Below are positions 31,459 through 46,994 of a DNA stretch of 64,000 nt, one piece after another (the stretch's first letter is position 1; each line of letters begins with the position of its first letter). Position numbers and translations under genes: made by a program. Under the pieces are notes generated by a model, which saw only the letters and a list, made by a program, of their open reading frames with translations, did no database searches and had not been told where the DNA came from. This stretch comes from the human T2T-CHM13v2.0 reference genome, Homo sapiens: assembly GCF_009914755.1 (NCBI RefSeq), contig NC_060926.1. One strand, given 5' to 3'.

Positions 31459-31527
31459 TAGTGTTATAATGACACTCTATACTCATATACTATACACTAC
31501 ACTGAGTATACTGTCATTATAACACTA
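31459..31527. repeat. Inverted repeat / hairpin
   Basis: tagtgttataatgaca pairs perfectly with tgtcattataacacta; inner tatactca/tgagtata. Confidence 0.9.
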
Positions 31528-31743
31528 CAATAGAATATGTAACTTTAAAACATCAGGAAAAAAATTCATTTGTCCAATGGAAAACACGTAAAGTACAAGA
31601 AGACATTAAGCAATAGATGGCAGAACTGAGTCAGAAAATAACAATAATTACAAAAAATGTAATAAACAAAACTCACCATTTAAGAGAGTCGAATGCTCCT
31701 ATTGTATCAAAAAACATATGCTGTCTACAAGAAATGCATTTAA

Positions 31744-32068
<325 letters not shown>

Positions 32069-33322
32069 TAGAAAACCATATACCTAAAACAAACATAAAC
32101 CAAAAGAAAGCTAAAATTAACAGTAAGTAGTATACAGTCACAAAAAGAATAGAACAAGAGATACACATGTAAAAATACTGCCTCAAAATATATCAAGCAA
32201 AAACAAATGAACAGCAAGTAGAAATACATAAATCATCAGTTAAATATTTTAATACATCTCTCTCAGAAAAAGATACGCCAAGTTGACAATGCAAGGAGAT
32301 ATCTAAGATCTGAACAAATACAATTAACAGCTATTAGATATGAAATGTTTCTAAAATAAGGCACATTCAGGGACTGATGTCAGGGACTGATGTCATACAA
32401 ACTACTTTCCAACTGTAATGCAACAGATTGAAAATCCACAACAAAAAGATAGCTCAAAATATCCTATATTAATAACCCTTGTGTTAAAAAGGAAACAAAG
32501 GTAATTATGAAATATACAGATCTGAACATTAATTAAAACAGCACCCATCAAAACTTATGGAACAGTTACAGCAGTTCTTGGAGGGACAGCATTAATCAAG
32601 AAACAAGAAAAGTTAAAATAAACGAGCTGATATTACTTCACACCCACTACACTAAAATGAAAAAGAATCACAACAAAATGTCAGGGAGGATGCAGAACAA
32701 TCAAAGTTCTTATACAGGTACAAACACTTTGGAAATCTGGCAGTTTCTTACCAAGTAAAATATACATCTATCCAGCTAAGTATCTTCCCAAGAGAAATTA
32801 AAACATGTTACCAAAACATTTGTACCAAAATGTTTATTGTAACCTTACTCCTAACAGGCAAAATGAAAACATCCAAATACCACTCTACTAAATGCATAAC
32901 TGTGGTATATCCATACAGTGGAATTCTATTCAGCAACAAAAAGAATTAACTACTAAAACAGCAACAACCTGGATAAATCTCAAAAACACTACATTAAATA
33001 AAGGATGCCAGATACAAAAGAATATACTGCATACTTTCATTTACTGTATATGGAATCCAAGTACAGGCAGAACTAATCTGTAGTGACAGAAATTAGATAA
33101 GGGTTGGGGGAAAGGGTTTGACAAGAGGGAACTGACTGGAAAGGGGCAGAAGAAAACTCTCTGGAGGGATGGAAGTGTTCTATATTTTGTTTTGTGTGGT
33201 ATTTACACTGAACAATTTCCAAATCTAAGAGGGGGGAATACGTGAATGGTTATAATACCTTTATTCCTAATTATCAAAACACTGGAAACAACACAAATGT
33301 TCCTCATCTAGAAAATGGACTA

Positions 33323-33676
<354 letters not shown>

Positions 33677-34428
33677 TCAAAAGGGTCAAACATCCAACAA
33701 CATGGATCAATCTCAAATGAATGCATTATGATAAGGTAAAAGAAGCCAGACTCAAAAAGGTACATATTGCAATATGTATCCATTTATATAGCATCTCTTA
33801 AAAACCTAAACTAAAAGAACAGAAAACAGATCAGTGGTTGCCAGAGGCAACCTAGAGGAGTTGACTACAAAGGGGTATGGGAAAATATTTCAGCAAAATA
33901 AACTATTTAATACCTTAATTGTGATGGTGGTTACACAATTATATACATCTGTCAAATCTTACAACAGAACTATATAGTAAAAAAGGGTAATTTTACTAAC
34001 TGATAATTATACCTTAATAAAAACCATGGGGAGAAAGTCCCATAACCGAACACATAAGAGCTACGCATTTTACTGTACTTAATTATTTCTATATACAAGT
34101 AAATAAACTAAACATTCAACTCAATAGCTGGAAGAAGAGCCACAGAAGCAAATCCAAAATAACAAGTAAATTATGAAGGCAGAAATCACTGCGGAAAAGG
34201 GAGAAGAAAAAAACAGTGAAAAAAATTAAAACAAAAATTTGTTTATTTGAAATATTCATTAAACAAAGCTCTGGCAAGAATGAACAGAAAAGGAGAATAT
34301 GAAGAAAGAAAATAACAAAGGAGGTTTTTAAAGTATTGTAACTATATACTAGTAAGTTTAAAAGCTTACATGAAATGAACTAATGAACTAAATATTAAAG
34401 AAATTAAAATCACAGTAAAAGATCTCCC

Positions 34429-34789
<361 letters not shown>

Positions 34790-35076
34790 CTACTCATATT
34801 CTCATGAACATTTCCTATCATATACAGGATGCTGAAAAAACTAAAAATAGTGAAAGGGGCCCAGTTCATTTTGTGAGGCTAATGTGATAGTGAATTATAA
34901 AACAGATATGGTAGGGTAATGAAAATGTTCTGTATCTTAAGAGGAATGTAGATTACATGAGTGTATATACATTTGTCAAAACTCACTGAACTACATTCTT
35001 CCAGTTGGCACATTCATTTCTCTTAAAGCATATATGTAAAAATCCTAAATAATTAATCATGTATTAAATCCAATAA

Positions 35077-35392
<316 letters not shown>

Positions 35393-36350
35393 TGATAAAT
35401 GTTTTTTAAATAGTATATCATATCAAGTATGGTTTATCCCAGAAATACAAACAAGGTTCAACATTTTAAGAATCTATTAAATTATTGTATTAATAATCCA
35501 AAGGAGAAAAATCTGAGTCTTTTAATCAACACTGAAAAAAGACTTTCATAAGTTCAAAACTATTTATAATTTTTAAAACAAACAAAATCTCCTTAACTAA
35601 CCAGGAATAGAAAGGCTCTTCTTTAATTTGGGCAGTTATATACTCCAAACCTACAGCAAACATTACACTTAATAAAGAACCTTCAGACAATTCCTCTTTT
35701 AGAGCAAGAACAAGACACAGCATTCAAGGTCATGACCAAGATAAGGAAAAAATATGTATTTAAGGTATAAGAGATTAAACTATCATTTTTGGAAGATAAT
35801 TATTTCCCTTAAATAAATCTACAGAACCAACAAACCATTACAACCAATAAAAGAGAACAGCAAGACTGCCAGATACAAGACCAAACTATAAAAATTAAAA
35901 GCATCCTAAGCCAGCAAAAATCAACTAGAAAATATAATTAAAAAAAGATCAGCAACAAACTTTAAAGGATCTAACAGCCGAAAATTCCTAAGAAGTCCAT
36001 GGGGAGAACTGAATAAACAGGGAGACATTTCATGTACTTAAATAGGATAACCTAATCTTACAAAGATGCTAGTAGTCCCTAATCTACAAATTGAATGCAT
36101 TCAAAATTAAAATTACATTTGAATATTTTAAGGAAAAAGACACAAAAAAAGCTATAATAGAAGAATTCCCAAATGCTATCAAGAATATAGAGATGCTTAA
36201 ATTTTATGAAGGACTAAAGATCCATAAAGAACAAAGTCAACCCTAGAAAAAGAGTAAACGAGAGATTTTACTCTACCATATAAAAAAGACATACCAAAAT
36301 ATGATAATATTTTTAATGTGATACTGGAGCACAAGAACACAGATCACTGA

Positions 36351-36812
<462 letters not shown>

Positions 36813-37370
36813 TGATTTAAGAAGCACTGTGGAGAAAACTTGTTCACTAGATGGAGAAAAATAAAACTGGATCACTACCAATATTATATAAAAGATGGAC
36901 CCTAGATGGATTAAAGAGCAAGTATGATAGTAAACCTATAAAATTAGTAACAGAAACTGTAGAATATCTTTATGGTCCAGGGATGCAGAAGCAGTATTTA
37001 ATTAGAATACCATCAAGGTCTATGAGATCAAATTCTAGTTTTTGAATTTCTTGTTTGAGCCATTCTAACTATTTGTAAAGACTGATATTTGAGGACTTTT
37101 ATTCTTTCTTAGGGATCATCCAAAAAACAAAAATTATATTTATTGTTAATAGAATAAAACTCATTCCATCTTGCAATTACCAGATGTCAAATGGGCCCTT
37201 CCATAAATCTAAAATATATTATGGAATCTTACATATCTTATTTTTCCTATATTTTGAATTTATCACGTACTAGCAATTACTTCATCATTACTTATTATTT
37301 TCATCAATTATTCCCAACTATACTAAAAAACAAAATAAAAAATCAAAGAAAAAAATGAAGAATGATGGTG

Positions 37371-38190
37371 TATGGTAGGCAGAATAATTTCCCCAATGAT
37401 ACACACACCCTAAACTCCAGAGCCTGTGACTATGTTACCTTACATGGCCAAAAAAAGGACTTTGCAGAAGTGATTAAGGGTAAGGCTTTTGAACTGGGGA
37501 GATTATCCCAGATTATTTGGGTTGGTCTAATCTAATCACATGAGTACATAAAAGTAGAGGCCCAACCTTTCCAGACTGTTGTCAGAGGGAGACGTGACTT
37601 TGGAAGAATGGTCAAGGAGATGGGCTGTTGCTGGCTTTGAAACTGGAGGAATAGCCAAGCCAAAGAACACAGCAGCCTCTAGAAACTAAAAAAGGTGGCC
37701 TGGTGCAGTGGCTCACACCTGTATTCCAACACTTTGGGAGGCCGAGGTGGGCAAATCACCTGAGCCCAGGTGTTCAAGACCAGCCTGGGCAACAAGGTGA
37801 AACCTCTTCACTACTAAAAATACAAAAATTAGCCGGGCACGGTGGCACGCACCTGTACTGCCAGCTACTGGGGAGGCTAAGGTGGGAGCATCACCTGACC
37901 CCAGGAGGCAGAAGGTGCAGTGAGCCAAGATCATGCCACTGCACTCCAGCCTGAGTGACAGAGTGAGATCCTGTCTCAGAGGGAAAAAAAAAGAAGAAGA
38001 AAGAAACTAAAAAAGGCAAGGAAACTGATCCTCCCCTTGAGCCTCCAAAAAGGATTACAGTCCTATAAACACCATGGTTTTAGCCCATAAAACTAGTAAC
38101 AGACTTCTAACCTACAAAACTATAATAAATTTGTGTTATCTTAAACTCCTAAGTTTACTTAGTTTGTTATGGAAACAATAGAAAAATACA
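37371..38190 (+). mobile_element. MLT1D-like MaLR LTR with nested Alu (37697-38001)
   Basis: tatggtaggcagaataat...tatgttaccttacatggc...ggactttgcag; ends caatagaaaaataca; Alu TSD agaaactaaaaaa(a)gg. Confidence 0.88.
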
Positions 38191-38312
38191 GATTTAATAA
38201 CCTAAAAGGATGGTGCAATAGTAAAATAAATCATCTTTCAGTTTTCTTCTTGCCTTCCATTATCTTTCAAGTACTGCATCATCTTTCATCTTGCTTCATC
38301 TTTTAAGAATTT

Positions 38313-38624
<312 letters not shown>

Positions 38625-39541
38625 TTTAAGAATATTTTTGAAAGACTAGAATACCATCTTCGTAGTCTAATGTTAGCTTTCACTGACTCCACCTAAGAAT
38701 TCAAAAATTTTCATTTTCCACCCACGATGGCCAAGAGAAGAAAATGACAGAGGAATACATCTTACAATTATTAGATGAATCAGAAAATATAAACACCAAC
38801 AGTTGCATGTCTAGACTCTGAAGCTGATGGTGGTGATATTGACTATATGTAAAATCTCACATAATCAGGTAACATAATGCTAGACGAATTTTCTCAAATT
38901 CAAGAATCAATGAATTGAACAATATATTTCTAAGGAAAAAAAGAAAACACAGTAAGGACTGCATCATATAATATTCTGCAACCATATTCTGGACCACCTC
39001 ATTATGCTCAAAGGACACATCACAGTACTCTTTCATCTTTTATGTTTGTGAGCCAAAATTTACCTGATACAAAGAGATGTACAAGGTAATTCTTATTAAA
39101 ATATCTAATAAAGTTGTTTTTCATAATACTTTTATTCATGTGTCTATAAATTAGTAGTAAAATAGCTTATAAATATAAAAATACAAAAAGGTCTATTTGA
39201 CCCAAATGGTTAATGGTGATGCTTATTTCTGTTAAATACCAAGAGTTAGTCAAAACTTTGGAGATACAAACCGTAAGGCAAAAAACTGGTGAGACTGATT
39301 ACAACAAATTTAGAGAGTTCAATGTGCTATGAATTCACACAACTCCAGTTCAACAGAGACCATGAACAAAGTAAGAGACATATGACAAAGTGGGAGAAGT
39401 TACTTATGATGTATGAAGTCAACAAGAAATCAACATGTAGAATATACATGAAACATGAGAAAATCAGTTCAAAAAAGAAAGTAATACTAATATAAAAACA
39501 GACAAAGAATTAAAATAATTTCTAAGACTCCCAACAACCTA

Positions 39542-39976
<435 letters not shown>

Positions 39977-40194
39977 TCATGCACTCCGCTGAAAATGCAG
40001 ATTAGTACAACTGTTCTGAATAGCAACCTTGTATTTATCCAATTTCAGTCTATACATACCCTATGATCTAGCAATTGTACTCTTGGGAAAACATCCTAAA
40101 TAAATGGTCACAAAGGTCCATAAGAGCCCAAGTACATGAAAACTCATCACAGTTTGAGGTAGACAATCTGGGTCTATCACTGAAAGGCTGAACA

Positions 40195-40535
40195 CAGCAA
40201 TACCTAATCTTTTTGGCACCCAGGATCAGTTTCATGGAAGACAATTTTTCCATGAAAAAAGAGGGAAGGTGGAGGTTGGGTGGGGAATAGTTTAGAGATG
40301 AAACTGTTCTACCTCATATCAGGCATTAGATTCTCATAAGGAGTGCACAACCTGGATCCCTCGCATGTGCACAGTTCACAATAGAGTTCATGCTCCTATG
40401 AGAATCTAACGCTGCTGAATCAAACAGGTGGAGCTCAGGCAGTAATGCTCACTCTCCTGCCGCTCACCTCCTGCTGTGTGGCCGGTTACTAACAGGACTG
40501 GTACTGGTCCTTGGCCCAGGGGTTGAGGACTCCTG
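40195..40535 (+). mobile_element. MER1B hAT MITE
   Basis: ctttttggcacc...tttcatggaagacaatttttcca...ttagattctcataaggag...ggggttgaggactcctg; similar to the copy at 62881. Confidence 0.9.
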
Positions 40536-40888
40536 GCCTAAAAGATATACACTATTAAAGTTTTATGCAGCAGTTAGAAACTGTGGATTAGATGTACAGA
40601 TAGGACCATGGATAATAAGGGCAGGAAGGATAAGAAACTACATAGTGGGAGACAGGCAGTACAATCTACCAAACTCCTTTTTATCCCTGAAACATATTAT
40701 GCTGTATTATAATGCCCCTGAAATATGGTATACTACATTAAAAACGCATTTATGAACACTGATCTTATTCTACACATTATAAAAGTTACATTTGCTGTTA
40801 AGCACGTTATGTAGGAATCCTTTACATACTATTTTAGATCATTTAATAGAAAGAAAGACTGTCAAATAAAGATGAGAATTTTGCTCAC

Positions 40889-41007
40889 TTTAGCTCCAAC
40901 ACTGCAACTGCCCGTACTTCCAGTGCTCCCACTTGCAACTCCAGTAAATCTAGCTTCCAATAACTCTTGCCTTCTTGGATCCAGACTATGAAGCTCATCC
41001 ATTGCAC
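40889..41007 (-). CDS. TLK1: TLK1 internal coding exon (119 nt; probably exon 2 of the canonical isoform)
   Basis: Reverse strand: tttttttttcttaatag|GT GCA ATG GAT GAG ... GCT AAA|gtgagc; translates (G)[39 protein letters not shown], which I recognise as the TLK1 N-terminus; phase 1 in, phase 0 out; in-frame ATG in strong context at 41002..41000. Confidence 0.97.
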
Positions 41008-41187
41008 CTATTAAGAAAAAAAAATATATATGTACACATATATATGTGTGTATACTTTATACTTACACACACAAATATATATATGTGATTAGTTAAGATG
41101 TTAAAAATTTAGGAATGAATGCTACAAGCAGACGAAATTGAGAGACTTTATTTTTAAATGTACACATCAACTTATCAAAACATCCTA

Positions 41188-41456
41188 CAATGGATTTCCA
41201 ACACTTTTGGCTGCAACTCACAGAAGAAATATATTTTCCATCTAATTTAGTACACAGTTACAAACATTCATATATTTAAAAGTTTCACAGAATACCAAAT
41301 CTTACTGCAATGCAGTAGTAAGAGTCCTGTACAACATCTATTTTCTAGCCTATCCTAGTCCACTTAAAAAAGAGTGAGGTGACACTAGTAAATAGCAATT
41401 AAATTGATTTCATAAACCAACAATGGACCATGGGTCCATAGTTTAAAAAATACTAC
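41188..41456. mobile_element. hAT-Charlie MITE-like fragment near the exon acceptor
   Basis: aaattgatttcataaacc...gggtccatagtttaaaaaatact resembles Charlie termini. Confidence 0.5.
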
Positions 41457-42749
41457 TCTCCTAATGTAATCTCCCTATTCTGAGCATACCCAGAATTGTA
41501 ACTATGCGACATTACCACTTAATTATTTTGTTTATGTATATCTTATATAACTAACTACATTTTAAACTATAAAGAACTGTTTTATTATTGTCACAATCCT
41601 TAAGATTTTTTGTACGGTTGATAGTTTTAAGTTTCCATCAGGTAAATGAAACACAAACACGTTTACCACACACACAGATGACTGAAGTAACACTTACTAT
41701 TATTAAACCACCTTGAAAATTAAGGGGAAAAATTTAACACCCTGATGTTATTGTTATTATGCAGACTAAAGCACTCCAAATTCTAGATGAAGTTCAAACA
41801 AAAATTACTTTATCTATGTCTGCTAATTCTCTTCTAACAAAAACCCCAGAAGTGACATAAATGAATGGCTCTCAAAGGGAGCAGGTAAGGATATTACCAG
41901 AATCCAGAATGACTTGGGGAACATTTTTGAACTATACTAGCCCCTTCCACACATCCTGACATTCCTCTCCTAAAGGTTAACAACTACTCCTATAGATCTT
42001 ATCTTTTGAAATTCCCTTTCTTACTTTTTATCCTCACCTGGACAGAGGACTAGATGGATGGTGGCCACTCTTTCATGCTTATTTGGATCCCTGTACCTGA
42101 AAATACACCTTCCTCTGTCTACTTCTTCTAGCTCAAAAAAAGAGGTAAATCCCTCTAAAAAGCTAAAGCCTTTAACACTTGCTTTTGACCTCACTCCTTC
42201 CTGACATCCAAGAAATCTTGTATTCACAAGTACCCTACCTCTCTGGCATCTACTCACTCCTTGTCTCCTTCTGCCCTCACTTATGTCTTTTTAGAAGTCT
42301 ACCTTAGCCTCAATTTTACTGTACTACCATTTAATTCTTCCCTTAAACTGGTTTATAACCATATCATCCTTAGTATCATCAATGCTTCCATTTTTTCTCT
42401 TCCTGCTATTACATCAGAAACTGTATATTATTCCTTTATTGAGAGGAAAAACCAAAGCAAAAACATAAACAGTTCTAGTTTTCATAATTCAGCCACACCT
42501 GTTCCCCCCACCACCTTCTTGTTCTCTCTTAACTGCAAATATTCCCCATGGCCTTCTGTTTTCTTTTCAGATCTCCTTTGGCTTCAAACATGATTCTCAA
42601 ATCACACACCTATTATATGCCAGGTCTGCCAAGTCTTAAGCCTGGCACTGAAACTTAAAATCTACTGAAGTTTTGCTTTATAAAAAACTATCAATCCTTC
42701 CCTGGCACAGGACTATTTTGAAAACATTAAATCACATTTTTAAAATAAG

Positions 42750-44395
42750 AATATGGTACTGGCATAAAGACAGACATATATATAGAGCAATGGGATAAAA
42801 CAGGGAGACCAGAAAATAAACCCTCACGTGAAATGATTTTCAGTAAGAACACCAACACCATTTAGTGGAGAAAGATCAGTCTTTTCAACAAATGGTGCAG
42901 GGAAAACTGGATATCCACATGCAAATAAATTGAGTTGGATCCTTACTTTAACCATATAAAAAAATTAACTCAAAATGGATCAAATGCCTGAATATAAGAC
43001 CTAAAACTTTCTAACTCTTAGAAGAAAACATATGGATAAAGCTTCATGGCACTGAATTTAGCAATGGTTTCTTTGATCTAACACCAAAAGCACAGGCAAC
43101 TAAAGAAAAAATAGGGCCAGGTGCAGTGGCTCATGCCTGAAATCCCAGCACTTTGGGAGGCCAAGGCCGGCAGATCACTTGAGGTCAGCAGTTCGAGACT
43201 AGCCTGGCCAACATCTCTACTAAACGTCTCTACTAAAAATACAAAAAAATTAGCCGAGCGTGGTGGTGTGTGCCTGTAATCTCAGCTACTCAGGAGGCTG
43301 AGGCAAGAGAATCACCTGAACCCAGGAGGCAAAGGCTGCAGTGAATCGAGGTCGTACCACTGCACTCCAGCCTGGGCGACAGAGTGAGACTCCGTCAGAA
43401 AAAAAAAAAAAAAAAAAAAAAGGAAGGAAGGAAAATAGGTAAGTTGGACTTCATCAAAATTAAAAACTTTTGTGCCTAAAAGGACACAATCAACAGAGTG
43501 AGACGGCAACCCACAGAATGGAAAAAATATCTGAAAATTATATATCTGATAAAGGATTGATATCCAGAATATATAAAGAACTTCTACAACTCAATAACAA
43601 AAAAAACCCAATTAAAAAATGGGCAAAAGACTGGAATACAAATTTTTCCAAAGAAGATATGCAAATGACCAATAAGCACATGAAAAGATGCTCAACATTA
43701 ATCATGAGGGAAATGCAAATCAAAATCACGGTGAGACACCACTTCATACCCATTAGGATGGCTGTTATCAAAAACTAAAACCCCAAATATACAAGTGCTA
43801 GTGAGGATGTGGAGAAATTGGAATCCTTGTGCATCGCTGGTGGGAACATAAAATGGTGCGGCCACTGTGCAAAACAGTATAGCGGTTCCTCAAAAAATGA
43901 AACACTGAATTACCATATGATCCAGCAATTTCACTTCTGAGTATATAACCAATACAAGCGAAAGCAATGGCTCAAACAGGTATTTGTACAAACACATTTA
44001 CAGCAGCATTATTCACATTAGCCTAAAGGTAGAAGCAATCCAAGTGGCCATCAACAGATGAATGGATAAACAAAATGTGGTATCTACATACAATGGAATA
44101 TTATTCAGCCTGAAAAATGAAGAAAATATGGGTGCATGCTACAACACGGAGATCTCCGAAGATATGCTAATTAAAATAAGCCAGTCACAAAAGGTGGTTG
44201 CCAGGGGCTGGGGGTGTGGTGGAATGGGAGGTTAGTATTTAATGGGTACAGAGTTTCAGCTGAGGAAGACAGAAAATTTCTACAGATGAATAGTGGTGAT
44301 GGTAGCACAGTATGAATGTACTTAATACCACTGAACTTTACATTTAAAAATAGTTAACATGGTAAATTTTATATTTTGCCACAATTTAAAAAAAA
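42750..44395 (+). mobile_element. L1MB-like ORF2 end + 3'UTR with nested Alu (43115-43430)
   Basis: ORF 43470-43778 is an L1 ORF2 C-terminal remnant ([14 protein letters not shown]); 3'UTR to gccacaatttaaaaaa. Confidence 0.9.
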
Positions 44396-44404
44396 ATAAT
44401 TAGA

Positions 44405-44685
44405 TGTCGCGGCGCCTGCCTATAATCCCAGCACTTTGGGAGCCCAAGGCAAAGAGAATCACTTGAGTCCAGGAGTTCAAGATCAGCCTGAGCAACGTGG
44501 CAAAACCCTGTCTCTACAAAAAATACAAAAATTAGCTGGGTGTGGCAGTGAGCATCTGTAATTCCAGCTACTAAGGAGCTGAGGTGGGAGGACTGCTTGA
44601 GCCCAGGAGGTCGAGGCTGCAGTGAGCCAAGATTGCACCACTGCACTCCACGCTGGGTGACACAGCGAGAACCTGTCTCAAATAA
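44405..44685 (+). mobile_element. Alu (J-type)
   Basis: Dimer with decayed 5' end. Confidence 0.92.
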
Positions 44686-45090
44686 TACTTACAAGTTCTT
44701 AATTCAATAAATTGGACTTCATCAAAAATTTAAAATGGTGCTAGTTCAAAAGAACATGGTTACAAAATGAAAAGGTAAACAACAGATTGGAAGAAAACAT
44801 TTATAAAGCATATATGTGCTATATACTATGCCTACTCTTTGACTTGATAACTGGTTGATGGCACACTGAAATTTACCATGGAAGATGAGGGCATGGGGCC
44901 CTGCTTTGACCTAGATCAGTAAATAATAATATATTTTGTTTCCTATTGTTTTTCCCAGATATATAGCTTCCTCTAGGACCTCAACCCTCTTCATGAGGTC
45001 TTACAGGAAATTAGGCACCCAAGAACAAATGGGTTTCTAACCAAAAACTCTTAAAAGCACAATCTCTCCTTAATTCTTAACACCTTCTAA

Positions 45091-45412
<322 letters not shown>

Positions 45413-45509
45413 CTAATAAGATATTTTAAAGAGGCAATATACTCAAGAGCCCCTGGTGTAATTCCTGGCACATAATAGGTGCTTAGCAAATGTTAATCCT
45501 AAACAGTAG

Positions 45510-45682
45510 AGCCTTGCTACTTAAACTACAGTGCATGAGCCCAGCAGCAACTGTATCACCAAGATGCTTATAAGAAATGCAAAATCATGGGTTCCTCCAC
45601 AAACCGACCACACCAGAATCTGCATCTTAACAAGATCCCCAGTAATTACTATATACATTCATGTTTCAGAAGTACTTCTGTA
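45510..45682. mobile_element. MER5-like hAT MITE
   Basis: agaaatgcaaaatcatggg...cagaatctgcatcttaacaagatcccc. Confidence 0.75.
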
Positions 45683-45791
45683 GAACACAGATCTGTAACT
45701 TTTTCTGTAAAGGGCCCAGTCACAAATATTTTAGTCTTTGCTGGCCAACAGGCAAAATCATATAGATACTTACATAACAAGACAGAAACAA

Positions 45792-45832
45792 TTTTTTTTT
45801 TTTTTTGGAGACACTCTGTCGCCCAGGCTGGA
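45792..45832 (-). mobile_element. Extremely 5'-truncated Alu
   Basis: T tract + ggagacactctgtcgcccaggctgga between TSD acagaaacaattt. Confidence 0.88.
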
Positions 45833-45905
45833 TACAGAAACAATTTCCAAAAACTTTTTATTGACAAAATCCAAGATACAATAATGAGTATAATATTTTA
45901 TAATA

Positions 45906-46204
45906 GGCCAGGTGCAGTGGCTCACATCTATAATCCCAGCACGTTGGGAGACTGAGGAGGGCGGATCACTTAACGTCAGGAGTTCAAGACCAGCCTGGCC
46001 AACATGGTGAAACCCCATCTCTACTAAAAACACAAAAATTAGCCAGGTGTGGTGGCGGATGCCTGTAATCCCAGCTACTTAGGAGGCTGAGGCACAAGAA
46101 TCACTTGAACCCAGGAGGTAGAGGTTGCAGTGAGCCGAGATCACACCACTTCACTCCAGCCTGGGTGACAAGAGAAGACCCTATATGAAAAAATAAATAA
46201 ATAA

Positions 46205-46248
<44 letters not shown>
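45906..46248 (+). mobile_element. Alu (S-type) followed by (CA)n
   Basis: Full dimer; (CA)~21 at 46207-46248. Confidence 0.96.
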
Positions 46249-46250
<2 letters not shown>

Positions 46251-46298
46251 CTTTTTTTAATAAAAGTTTGCTAATGAAAAGAATGAAATTCTTTTTGA

Positions 46299-46662
<364 letters not shown>

Positions 46663-46685
46663 TCATCTGTTAATACTGATCTGCA

Positions 46686-46994
46686 GGCTAAACGCAGTGG
46701 CTCACGTCTGTAATCACAACACTTTGGGAGGCCAAGACAGGTGGATTGTTTGAGCCCAAGAGTCCGAGACCAGCCTGGGCAACATAGGGAGACCCTGTCT
46801 CTACAAAAATTAAAAAAATAAAACCTAAGGTGTGGTGGTATGCACCTATGGTCGCAGCTACTCAGGAGGCTGAGGTAGGAGAAGCGCTTGGGGCCAGGAG
46901 ATACAGGCTTGCAGTGAGTCATGATTGTGCCACTGTACTCCAGCCTGGGCGCAGAATGAGAGCACTTTTGCTTAAAAACAAACAAACAAAAAAA
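46686..46994 (+). mobile_element. Alu (J-type)
   Basis: Dimer; TSD-like a(c/t)tgatctg. Confidence 0.93.

Noticed and set aside
43470-43778. 102-aa ORF resembling a real protein
   Set aside because: Fragment of decayed L1 ORF2 C-terminus
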